Positions 25,688 to 37,500 of a stretch of DNA of 64,000 nt are shown here, piece by piece; within the stretch, counting starts at the first letter, position 1; each line of letters begins with the position of its first letter. A program made the position numbers and the translations under genes. The notes beneath the pieces are model-generated. The model was not told the DNA's origin. It saw only the letters and a list, made by a program, of their open reading frames with translations, and searched no databases. The stretch lies in assembly GCA_012295275.1 (NCBI GenBank), contig CM022672.1, positions 22,816,001 through 22,880,000 on the forward strand, in the 5' to 3' direction. The DNA comes from Chrysomallon squamiferum. Lineage: Eukaryota > Animalia > Mollusca.

Positions 25688-27962
25688 GATGTAAAATATT
25701 TTAAAACTTTAGTGATGAGATATTTATTATTACATGGCTATCATAACCATGTAATCCTTAGTTTCACAAAATTTTAATAATAGTTGTAATACTATTTAAA
25801 CCTGACCGTCTGAGGTTTGGTATACTTGTTGACTGGGATCCCACAGCACCAAATCTGAAATTTTAGCCCAATCGGATCAGTGGTGTGGGAGATATGGCCC
25901 TCCGAATTTTGAGATTTTTAGCAAAAATGGGCGTGACCACCAACCTTAGAACCCTCATATCTTAGGAACTACTGGGCCAATCTTCATAAAATTGGTATTG
26001 TTGAAAAGGCAATATGACATTTTTGTTCTGTTTGGAAAATGTTGGAGTACATTGACCTTTTGACCTTTGCTATGACCTTGAAACTGACCGTGTGGATCAC
26101 GTGACCTTGAGATGACCTTTATTGAACTTTAATCTCCCACATGTTAACTAAAACATATAAAAGTTTCCTGGGTGTAATATGTTTTGTTTAGCCACAATAT
26201 AGATTTAAAAAATGCACATACATGAAAATAACACCTTTTCAGCCATTAACATCTGATTAACTAAAACCTGAATGATCAATTTTGGATGCTAGGAATCACC
26301 ATCTTTCAAATCTGTGTTTCAAATGCTCACTGTATCCTTCATTCCCGGACATATTCTACTGTTCTCATCACTTTCATAAAATTGGATTATTTCCTCCTTC
26401 AATTCATTTGACAGAACTTTCCCTTGTTTCTTATCACAGAGGGATAGAATCACTTTCTCTTTCTTCACCACACAGCTTTTTTTCATAAGGTAATTCGTGG
26501 TTTCAAATTCATTCATTGTCCTTTCAATGGTAAAGGGTGATAAAGTCAAGATTTGCACACGCTCTGGGTAGGATTCCAGTCAACAAGTATACCAAGTTTC
26601 ACAAAAATCTCAGACGGTCGAGTTTAACCCATTGGGTGACTTGATATGGAATGTCACTTTACATTAATTGTAACAACTGTAAAAGTAGAAATTGTAGTAC
26701 TAGTAAAATTAACTGTAAATAGTAAAAGTTGCAGACGTAGTAACTTAATTGTAATAGCTGTAATAGTGGAAGTTGTAATAGTAACTTAATAACTGTAATA
26801 GGAGGCAGTAGTAATAATAGAAGTTATAGTAGTGGTATCTTAATTATACTAACTAATAAGTTGATGCTACAACAGTAGTAATAGCAGATGCAATATTTGC
26901 AAATGTAGTAATAGCAGTAGCAGTAATAGCAGTAGTTGTTATAACAGTATACTTGCATTACTGATCTTGTAAGTAGCAGTGGTAGGAGGAGTAGTAGTAG
27001 TAGTAACAGCTGTATTAATAATAGTAGTAGTAGCAGCAGCAGAAGAAACAGTAGCAGCAGCAGCAGTAGTAGGAGTAGTAGTAATAGTAACAGCAGTACT
27101 AGTAGTAGTAGTAGCAGCAATAGTAATACTTGCAGTAACAACAGTTGTAGGAGTAGTAGTAATAGTAAAAACAGCAGTAATAGTAGCAGTTAAAGGAATA
27201 TGCTTACATTACTGATATTGCAAGTAGCAGGTGCCGGTCCGGTGTCTGGCAGACAAACAAAAAACACTTGTTTTGCAGACAAATATCCAGCTTTATAATC
27301 GTTCAGCGTGTGATACACTTGGCCTGGCTCATCTTTAGCTTTAGCCTGTATTTCACTCAAATTTTGTTTTATTGCAGAGCTAAACGCTTGAAAAATACGC
27401 CTTTCGGCGGCACTCTCGGTAACACCTGCGTACGTAACGTTCACAACCACATCAGCCTGTTAAAACAAAAACAAAAATAATTACACACATACACATACAC
27501 ACACACACACAAATACATTAAATTTACAAAAAGAAGATAATAATAATATAGAACAAAAACGTTATTAAAAAGGTTTTATTAAATAACGGAAAACAAAAAC
27601 GTAGATAAATATTAGTTTATATACAATTATTTCAACAACAATAAATAAATTAATAAAAATAAATGAATAAAATTATCAAACAAATTTTGAAAATAAATAA
27701 TTAAAAATAAAAGTAAATAAAATAAAACCTTTTTCATAGACTTGATAAAAGATCAGTGTATAATTTAATTCAATTGTAAAAAGTATATAGTTATATATTT
27801 ATTCATTTTTAAACTTTTATTATTATTACTTTTTTATTAATTATAAAAATAAATAAGTAAGTACGTATATAAATAAATAAAAATATTTATCTTATTTTGT
27901 TTTACCTGAAGATCAATTATGTCCCCTTTCACAACTTTAATATCTATTTCTCCGTTTTCCAT
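19612..27962 (-). CDS. Macrodomain-containing mono-ADP-ribosyltransferase, PARP14/15-like (2 macrodomains + PARP catalytic domain, C-terminal CaaX); frame break in exon 24089-23727
   Basis: Exons 27962-27906, 27456-27208, 25561-25325, 24747-24681, 24089-23727, 23189-22968, 22654-22433, 21984-21912, 21170-21034, 20712-20538, 19916-19612; possible upstream coding exon 28667-28612. Motifs VVKGDI/ADVVVN, SLAFPALGTG, LWHGT…GFNRNYCGKNGTKYGDGTYFA…FDSTVD…PTIFVCFHD…YPQYLITY. Confidence 0.88.
20116..20424. mobile_element. Tigger/pogo-type MITE (Tigger4/Zombi-like)
   Basis: Degenerate terminal inverted repeats CAGGATTAGAATCCTTTATCCGA … GGATAAGGGATTCTCAACCT; internal TTTGGATTTT repeats. Confidence 0.7.
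21396..21504. repeat. Short inverted repeat (foldback/MITE-like) around a (CA)n core
   Basis: TTTTCTAAAGGACAGTGTCTGTA … TACAGACACTGTCCTTTAGAAAA. Confidence 0.8.
21560..21726 (-). mobile_element. Degenerate tRNA-derived SINE heads (two adjacent)
   Basis: Minus strand GGCAGGATCTAGCTCAGTGGTAGA (A-box)…GGTTTCAATC (B-box-like), then GGGGATTAACTTGGTGGTAGAGC…GATCAATCCC; no intact cloverleaf. Confidence 0.55.
24900..25270. repeat. Degenerate (TAG/CAG)n low-complexity tract
   Basis: AGT/AGC triplet repeats; they generate spurious poly-L/V/T ORFs. Confidence 0.85.
25605..25688. repeat. (CATA)n/(TA)n microsatellite
   Basis: Perfect tetranucleotide run followed by TA run. Confidence 0.9.
25800..26655 (-). 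mobile_element. Internally deleted DNA transposon (Sola-like) in PARP intron
   Basis: Subterminal inverted repeats GACCGTCTGAG…TTGGTATACTTGTTGACTGG (25804-25837) versus CCAGTCAACAAGTATACCAA…CTCAGACGGTC (26576-26619). ORF fragment 26558-26319 IIQFYESDENSRICPGMKDTVSI resembles the FY..D..SR..PGKKD motif of Sola2-type transposases (from recollection). Confidence 0.7.
26660..27190. repeat. Degenerate (TAG/CAG)n low-complexity tract
   Basis: Triplet repeat; explains ORFs 26824-27141 and 26979-27215. Confidence 0.88.
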
Positions 27963-28002
27963 GCTGCTGTAAAGATAAAAGCTTGATTAATAAACACAGA
28001 CT

Positions 28003-28005
<3 letters not shown>

Positions 28006-28065
<60 letters not shown>
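28006..28065. repeat. (AG)n microsatellite
   Basis: Perfect run. Confidence 0.95.
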
Positions 28066-28067
<2 letters not shown>

Positions 28068-28260
28068 AATCTATATTAATAACTAAATGAAAGGTACAAT
28101 TTATATCGTCACTATTATTTGATTATAATAGTATTCTTTTTTCGTTTTTTTTTTTATTATTATTATTATTATTTTATTTTTATTTTTTTTTTTTTTATTA
28201 TTATTTTGTTAGGAGGAAAATTCAGTGCCTGAAAATGGTTGGAGTTATTTATGCACCTAT

Positions 28261-28294
<34 letters not shown>

Positions 28295-28329
28295 TATATA
28301 TATATTTTAGTTAAAGTCACTCACATAAA

Positions 28330-28453
28330 ACAGACACATTTCATTTAAAAGTATTCTGTCATTTAATAAACGCTAATAATTATTCGGTAAACATTTTAAC
28401 TGCGCTTTTTTCTTAAAGCTATGCTATACTAATAGGGATTTTATTTTACTTTA

Positions 28454-28507
<54 letters not shown>

Positions 28508-28548
28508 GAAATTGCAGAATTTATCTTTAATTACTATAACAGACGGAG

Positions 28549-28585
<37 letters not shown>

Positions 28586-28862
28586 TTTTAAAAAATATAT
28601 ATATATATTACCTTGAATGATTGATTACTTTTGCTAAGTGGCCACGTGCTATTTTTATTGCTCTCATAAACGACCCGACATTTATTATGTATTTTAGCAG
28701 TCTGTTATCTTAAACTGACACTTAAAACAAACATAAGACACATTTCACGTAAAAGTATTCAGTCATTTAATAAACGTTAATAAATATTCGGTAAACATTT
28801 TTTTTTTTTTCGCTTTTTTCTTAAAACTACGCTTAACGCATTTTATTTTATTTTTATTATTA

Positions 28863-28899
<37 letters not shown>

Positions 28900-28967
28900 G
28901 CAGAATTTATCTTTAATTACTATATCAGACGGAGAATTTTTTTTAATTTTTTTTTTAGAATATATTT

Positions 28968-29007
<40 letters not shown>

Positions 29008-29240
29008 TTAAAAAAATATATATATATATTACCTTGAATGATTGATTACTTTTGCTAAACGACCCGACATTTATTATGTATTTTAGTAGTCTGTTATCTT
29101 AAACTGACACTTAAAACAAACATAAAACACATTTCACGTAAAAGTATTCAGTCATTTAATAAACGGTAATAAATATTCGGTAAACATTTTTTTGCGCTTT
29201 TTTCTTAAAACTACGCTTTACGCATTTTATTTTATTTTTA
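28330..29240. repeat. ~400-bp tandem duplication (about 2.3 copies) of the PARP 5' region
   Basis: ACACATTTCA..TAAAAGTATTC.GTCATTTAATAAACG at ~28335, 28739 and 29127; ACCTTGAATGATTGATTACTTTTGCTAA at 28610 and 29031. Confidence 0.9.
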
Positions 29241-31503
29241 TTATTATTATTATTTTATTATTATTATTATTGTTATTATTATTTATTATTATTTTTTTTT
29301 TTTTTTTTTTTATGCGTATGTGGCTTTTGTTTTTGTTTATTTATTATGCGCTACATGAAGCTAGTAATGTACAAAACCAAAAACTGTTGAATTAGTTTAT
29401 GGTTTACGTGTTTTATCTAGTGGTACAGATCGACAAACTGATCTCTGTGTGATTGTGTGTGTGTGTGCGTGCGTGCGTGTGTGTGTTTTGATGAGTGTGT
29501 CTGTTTAATCTGAGTAAGACTATACCCGGATGTAAAAAATTATGAATTATAATAGTTAATATCCTGTTGTAGCAGATATGAAATGACTAAGTATATGTTA
29601 TTTGCTTTTTAAAGATACATGAAATTTAAAGTGACATTGATTTCAGATATTTGGAAATGGTTTGAAACTTGAATCGTAAACATCGCTGAATACAAGCTCT
29701 TTAATTCAAATTTAATTTATGACAGTAATTTCACTTCTTAACTTTTCTTCTTTTTACTTTTTATTTTTTTCCGATCCCTAAGCACCCATTATCCTTAATC
29801 TGAAATTTTGTGTATATAAATTCCATTCAGGTAGTAATAAGACTACTGTCCTTCACGATTATTAGTTTGAAACTTGCAAATATTCATACATACCTTGTAT
29901 TATATATTGCCTTACATCCTACAAACCAGTAGCATATCGTAACCAGTTAACCATTAATCAGATCTGTACAAGAATACATCTCATTTTATTAACGTTGTCA
30001 AGTATTATAGCGTCGAAAATGTATTACGCATTTAGAAGGGTACTTGAACAAGTAATGGTATTCATAATTTTCAAGTCTAGGCATGTTAACATTTTATTGA
30101 ATCGCTTTGTTTATTCTTTGTCGTTTATGTGCGGCATTCCACGTGGTGGCAATTAAGGAACTTATTGGGCAATACATGAATAGGGTTATTTGTTTAAGGC
30201 TATTACCGTTTTTATATTGAGATTAAAATAATGTATAGACTTACTTGGAAGTTTGAGTTCATTGTACCATGTAATAAACGTATATTATTACGAGCATATA
30301 ATTACGTCTGTGTTCACGCTTGCAGACCTTTGACCCAGTTCCATTAATGTCACTATAAAAACATTATATTATTTTTATTATTTTAAAAGTGTATTACCAG
30401 CCTAATGACACAGAATGGTCTGATTTATACAACTAAATAAATGTATAGGCTATTTATTTCTGGTATTTAATTGTTTTAATATATGTACACAAATTCTAAA
30501 TTCACCAGACTTTATCTACAATGCTGAACAAGGTCACCTATTCCATTGCTTCATCAATAACCCTCACATGAATGAGACCAGAAGGAATTTTTTCCCCAAT
30601 ACTTATACTGGGATAGCCTCTTTCAAAACATTTATCTCATACACATTACACACACACAAATTAAAACCATGAATATGAGAGGAAACCTGCTGATGGCATA
30701 CAGTGAGCAGCTAGGAATCTTCAACATGGATTTTCAGTGAGGGAATCACATACATACATGTAATGGCCTATAACAAACATCACAGGCTACTGAATAAATT
30801 AATAGCTGTAAATTTAACATGCATAACAGGTCCAACTACTGCACGAGAAATGAACTCCTGCACATATCACAACAAAACAAACAGGTCAACAAAGATTTCT
30901 TTTCAAAAATATATTCCAAGTATTTATAGTCTTGTCTGTGACAAAAAAAAAAAAAAAAAAAAATCAGAACAGAAAATATGACATAACTAATGAATACAAA
31001 ATTATAAAATGTTAAACTGTGTAGTATTTAAATTCATTTCTTGCATCAAAGGTTCCAGAAAACAAATTTGTTACATTGCCTTGTATTTATTTTTTTGTAG
31101 GATTAACAATTCTTCAGTTCAGTCCTTCAACAGTAATTGTGAAAATATGCATACAAACTGAATTTTGTTGCATTATTCTTTTTTACAACAACAAACAGTA
31201 TAATAGACAAGTACCCATTCATGTTTTAGTATATACATCTGTATCAGACACTGTATTTTAAGTAGCACAGCCATTCAATTAAGTTTTTTCTTCACATCCT
31301 TTTTATTACTTAAAATTGTCTTCATTATTCTGAGAATAATATTATGGTAAGCAATAAAAGATAAAAATAATGATGCTTGTCATTTGAGTTCTATGGTCAA
31401 GTAGATTAAAGATTTTAAATTTAAATGTTTGTTTGTTTTTTTAATATGACAGGTTCTCTTTGATTCAGTATCTGAATGGTCAGGTTCATTATTAAAGATT
31501 TCT

Positions 31504-34500
31504 TTAAACAGCAGGTTCTCTTGAAGTACCACAACGCTGTTTCCTCAACTGTTCCATTGTTTTAGCTCTCTTCCACAGCTCTGGATTGGGTGAAATTTTA
31601 CACTGACTCAGAGTAAGCAATCTGAAATACAACAGGAGAAATCTTTAAACTTTTATTTTATTTTACTTTTTTTTTAATATACTGAAATATACAACAAATA
31701 AAAAGTCAAAATGTTTTTTTATCACTTATCTTTCTAATAATGAAATTTAAAATTTACCACTCATCTTAAGTGTTATAACATCCATTAATAACCAATGTAA
31801 TAATTTGAAATAGTCAAGATATAAGAAATATAAAATGATTTTGCTGACAATTCTTGAGTGGAAAATGTTCCACTTATTTATTTTTGTAGTACCTGTCCCT
31901 TAGATAAAATATCTATTTAATTCTGTTTGTAATTATAAAATTGAATAGCTTAAGCTATTTGATTCATGTATATATCGACTAAATTCATAATATTGCAACT
32001 AAAGAAAGAAAGAAAGAAAAAAATTGATTCCCAAAAATGGCACACTGCTGATAATTCAGAAATTACCTGGCCAGAGTAATGAATTCTGTTTTATGATTTT
32101 AAGTTCTGATTAAGCATTATTACTTATTTCTACACTTACCTCACTAGACTGAGATGAGAATGAAAATCATCCACAGTCATGGCTTTTGGGTTATCTTGTC
32201 TTATTTCCACAAAGTCATCTTGAATGATCTGAAAAACGTACAGGTTCACACACGTATTACTGAATAAAAAATTTAAAATAAAAACCAAAGTAATAACTAA
32301 GATAGGGTTACCAATGTCCTATGAATTCAAAATCATTGATTTGGTAATCTTAACTAGAATTTGCATTTTTCTGAACTGTCAACAAAATCTCAAAATCAAA
32401 TTACAGATTTATTTACTTATTGTTGTGCTTATTTGTTAACTTAACTATTAAGGTGCAACAATATTAAATGTAAACATCACTGACTGCCATTTTGTTTTGT
32501 TCCGTTATTTACACTACCAGTACCACTTAACTTCTGCTTCCTCCTACTACTACTACTACTAATAATAACTATAAAACAAAAAAGTAAATAATAAGAAGTA
32601 CTGAAAAGTGAAAATTCTTTACCTTTTGTATGTCATTTTGCATAGTGTACTCCAACTGTTTTGCTAAAGTTATAAACTGTCTGAATTTGACAAGAACCTC
32701 TGACGTCAGTCTGTCATCAAGTTGTGAAAAATATGATGGCAAGTCATCAGGAACAACACGTGGATCAAGTTTGACGTGACAATCTTTCTGTGAACAAATA
32801 AAAAAATATGGTTTTTTTAACACTTTTTCTAAAAAAGTACTACTTATTAACCTTTAATACAGTATAAAAATATGGTGCCTCACAAGTGAAAAAGGTCTGA
32901 TTTATGTTACACAGGTGTTACGATGTAATGTATTCAAAAATTAATTTTTTCTTCTTCATTAAGCTATTTCAAAAGATGCTAGTCTGAAGAATAGGAAACC
33001 AGCTAGTGTGTATGTGTGTATTATACTTAATATATTTATTAAAAATAAATACTCTTACTTACTGGAAGCATAGATTCTCCCTCTGACAAGACTAATACGT
33101 TGATGTTGGTTGGAAACTCTTGTTTGTGGTAGCTGAAGTCATACTCGACCTTACACCATCTGATCAAGCTGCCAAGAGCTGTTATATTTTTAACACCTAA
33201 AATACATCAATAAAGTAACAGTCTGGGCATATCATTTATTTTGACTTTGTAATTTCAATAATGTATTTTGTAATATCATGAAACTGTCTGAACATGAGAA
33301 AAACATGTATGTTTTTGAATAAACCTAAGTTCAAACATGAAGTCCATGAAGCTTGAATTTCAAAAAAAAGATGACTTTAGAAAGTGTTGAAATGAAATCA
33401 CATGTATGTTTTATGAATAAACCTAAGTTCAAACATATATTATATCATCTTTAAAAATTTCCCAGTTAAAAAAAAAAAAAAAAAAAATTAAATAAATAAA
33501 GAAAGAAAATTTATATTTTATGGTTACTGACCATCTGAGGTGAGCTGTCCAGGTTCTAAAGCTGTCTCATCCACAACAAGATGAGTGGAATCACTAAGCT
33601 GCAGTAAGCCAGTCTTGAGTCGATTAGCATTGTAGTCTTTGAATGGTGACAGACATGTGATGTTCATAGCTTCAACTGTCAGAGGCAAAAGATGAGACTG
33701 AAATAGAAGACAAATATTTGAAAAAATAGATCCTAATATGGATATGTTCAATCCTCAAAACAGTGAGAGAGACTGATGTATGAGGCATATTAACAATTAA
33801 CATTTTTATATCAAGAAAAGATATGCAAAATCTATTCTATTAAAATTCACTTAATATTAAGACTGTCTTGATAAAAAAATTTTTAAAATTAAAAACAAAA
33901 CAAACAGTAAAAAGGAATTAAATAATTAAAAAAAAAAAAAAAAAAAAAATATCAACATTTAACAGGTTACCTTAGTTACTAAGCCTGAGACAAGTCTATG
34001 AAGAAGTCTGCCATACTGTCGAGAATTAGGACATCCACTCAGATTCAAACACAATTTGCCCAGTGGCATGAAATCTACTCTAGTGTAACTAAATGATAAT
34101 ATTTAATTAAAAAATATAAACATATCTCAGTAACTGAAAATATGATCTAGGAGTTGTCAATTATCATTATCTACATAAAAGACCTTTTGGTTCTACTAGC
34201 AAACAGAAATTCTATTACACCTCTTTTATCAAAAATAAAAACAGGCACATATATAAAAGAAATATGCTAGAAATGTGCACCTACTAACCAAATAAAAAAA
34301 AACTAATCAAATCATCTAGTGATAATATACACCCTGACAAAGACAAGTAGAAATTAGAAATTAAATAATAATAATAATTAAAACAAATAAACTGCCAAAA
34401 GTCATAAGTCATTTCCTTTATAAAAGAAGACATTAAAATCTGCTATCAGGCAATGGTTGGAATGGGAATTTGTCAAATTACAATTTTGTATTTAACAATA

Positions 34501-37500
34501 TTAAAGAGGTTCTCATATTATTGTTTGGCATCAAATTTCCATACAAATGAAGGCAGTTGTCAAATATCTTGAGCACAGCAGTCATGGAGCACAATCTGGA
34601 TTATGACTCTTCAAAATGATCTCTTGATACATTCTGCTCAAGAACTCTTACCACATCTTTAACATCATTAACTTACACATTTGAAACAAGATGACAGAGT
34701 AAATATTCTGCAGCCAGTGAGTCTCCAAACAGGGCATGCTGCAGAATAGACAGCAGTTCACTTCTTAATGACTCAATTTCTGACTGGATTGTCTGTAAAG
34801 CTTAAAATAAGAAAAGTCCATTTAATAAAAATATTTAAAATTCATGTGGCAGGAGGAAAAATTAGAAATTTGAAAATAAAAACTATAAATCATTGTATTT
34901 TTAAATGTCTGAAATATTCTAGCTTATATTATTATGAAAAAAGTTATATATGTTGGATTAAAAAGATAGTATGTGCATTATTCAATGTACAACAGTATAA
35001 TTCAAATGGACATTTATGTAAATATATATATTGTTTCAACAGACTGAAAAAGGGATGTTTTTTTATCTTCATATTACCTGTCTTCAAAAGGGTAGAAATT
35101 GACAAGGTCTGACAGTTAAACTTTAGTGAATATTTAATGGCACTGAAACGTGTTGTTTGCCTGACAAACTGATGCATGCAGTGGACAATAATCATAGATG
35201 GATTTGAGACAATACTGCAATAATTATCTGCATGTTTTATTGAGAGTTTTGGCCCTCCTACTGCTGTATAGAAGAAACACTAATATATATGTGTGTGTGT
35301 TGGAGATCACAGCAAACACACTCCCTTTTCTTGTTTGTTAATAAATATAATAAATAATCTGCCAAAAGTCATAAATCATTTCCTTTATAAAAGATAACAT
35401 TAAAATCTGCAAATAGTTTATAAAGCAGCTATCAGGCAATGGGTGGAACGGGAATTTTTCCAATCAAAATTCTTAGAAAGATCCAATGTTTAGCAAGTTG
35501 TCTACAAAAAATACATAAAATTTACAAAAAAAAAAAAATATAAATAAATTTTAAACAGTTAATTTTAAGTAACAGTAATTACCTGTAACACACTCCTGGT
35601 CAGTTATTATGGCTGGAAGATTTGGATTGTTGTGTGATAGTTTTGACCACAAAAAGGCGTGGAGTCTGGGGACCAGGGAGGGAGGTGGAGCATGTGCATG
35701 TCTTTCTGCTTCTGTTTCAAAATCAAAATTCAGTTCTGTGTTCTCACTAAAAATTTAAAATAAAGATAAAAATAAAGATAAAAATTGTTAGTAAAAGATG
35801 AATCAGAAATTATTTCAAATCTGAAATCATTAATGGAAAAATAAAAAAATATATATATTTAGTGACTAAAATGAATGAATGATTTATACAATGCCATTAC
35901 ATAGATAGATGAGAAATGAATATTAAGTTATTATGTGCTTAATAAGTTTTATTTTATGTGTTTTGATAAAGAAAAAAAATATCTAGAAAATATCTCTCAA
36001 ACATCTTAGTGGATGTTACCTTTGATTGTCATAAAGTCACAAAAAATGCTTAAATACTGTATCTTCTAAAAGTTCTATGTTCAACCATTTTCTTCATTCA
36101 TTCAAATTTTCAAAAATTATTTTGTATGAATTTCCATCCTTCTCTCTCTTTCAACAATACTGTTATGAATTATAATTTACATTCTGTCCAACACAGACTG
36201 TAATTTTAAAAATCACCTGTCATTATCTCTGAATTGTGCCAAGGAAGGATCCACAGAAAGCACACCAATAAATTCTACAGTGTCATTCACCTTAAAACTG
36301 TCAATATCATCATATATCTAGAAAAGATAAAAAATAATAATACCAACAATACAGTTCTTATTAATAATGTCAATAAAATCAGTAAACAAATAATGATGGC
36401 AAAATAACAGGATTTTAAATAATAAAATAGTGACTAATAATAGCCATAATTTTCAAACTATATTAATCCAGAACAGTGTTCATTGATTTATTAAGAACTT
36501 GAAGTCTATGTGTTATATTTATATTAAAAACTGACCTCAATTATAAAGACTGAAATGAATAAAGCAATTCTCAGTATTTCCGTTTAATTTATAGACTCTA
36601 GTTCTCAAGAAAAATATCTACCGAATTTGTCAAATTCAAATGTGAAAAAGGGAGAGAACCTGCAGCTTGATTTATTCAAGAACTGACTACACTAATTTTT
36701 CAAGAGTAAACAAAACCCTTCAGAAAATGTGTGTTACATGTATTTTCTTTCTTTCCATACTTGTTACGGCAATTTTGTAGTTTCAATTTCAAAGAATTTT
36801 TTTTTTTTTTTAAATAGTAAAATGGCACTAAAGTCCTACCTTGACAAGACAGGCAGGGCCTGTTTCACCTGGCAACGGAAAGTTCAAGTCAAGAGATGCT
36901 GCAACTGATGAACTTGCTAAGAAAAGGAAAAAACAAAAATTATGACTGTAATGAACCAAAGCTTTTTTTTTTTTTTTAATCAAAAATATCAAAAATCAAC
37001 TGCAGTGTTAATATAAAGTGTGATACAGCCCAGACAAAATCTTAACAATGAAAAATATATTATAAAATATTACAAATTATTTTCTAGTCAGTGTACAAGT
37101 GGGACCATGTCAGAAAAGCATCTGGTACATAACACTTTATGAGGGCTCTTACTACATGTTTATCACTTCCCTCAGGAACCAAATTTATATCAAAATATAT
37201 TTATATAAAGTTTAGTGAAGGCATAAATCCAAACAAATCCAGATACATAGGAAAGGATTGTTAAAGAATAACAACAACAGCTACACTCAAATTTAAAAAT
37301 AAAAGGACATTCCAAATCCTCTGTTAAAAAGAGAAAAATAAGAAAAAGATATCTAAAAAACAAGATAAGATGGGTTTCAAGAGATGAAAGTATGATGAGC
37401 TTGAATACATGTTAATTAAAGCAGTAAGTTCTCTTCTGTAGATGTTACAAGAGAATTAACAACTAAATGAATTTTCACCCATCTCAACTTTTCAATTATA

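Noticed and set aside
24888-27215. Long Leu/Val/Thr-rich ORFs
   Set aside because: Translations of TAG/CAG simple repeats.
28330-29240. CRISPR-like repeat array
   Set aside because: Eukaryotic context; whole ~400-bp units are duplicated with no unique spacers.
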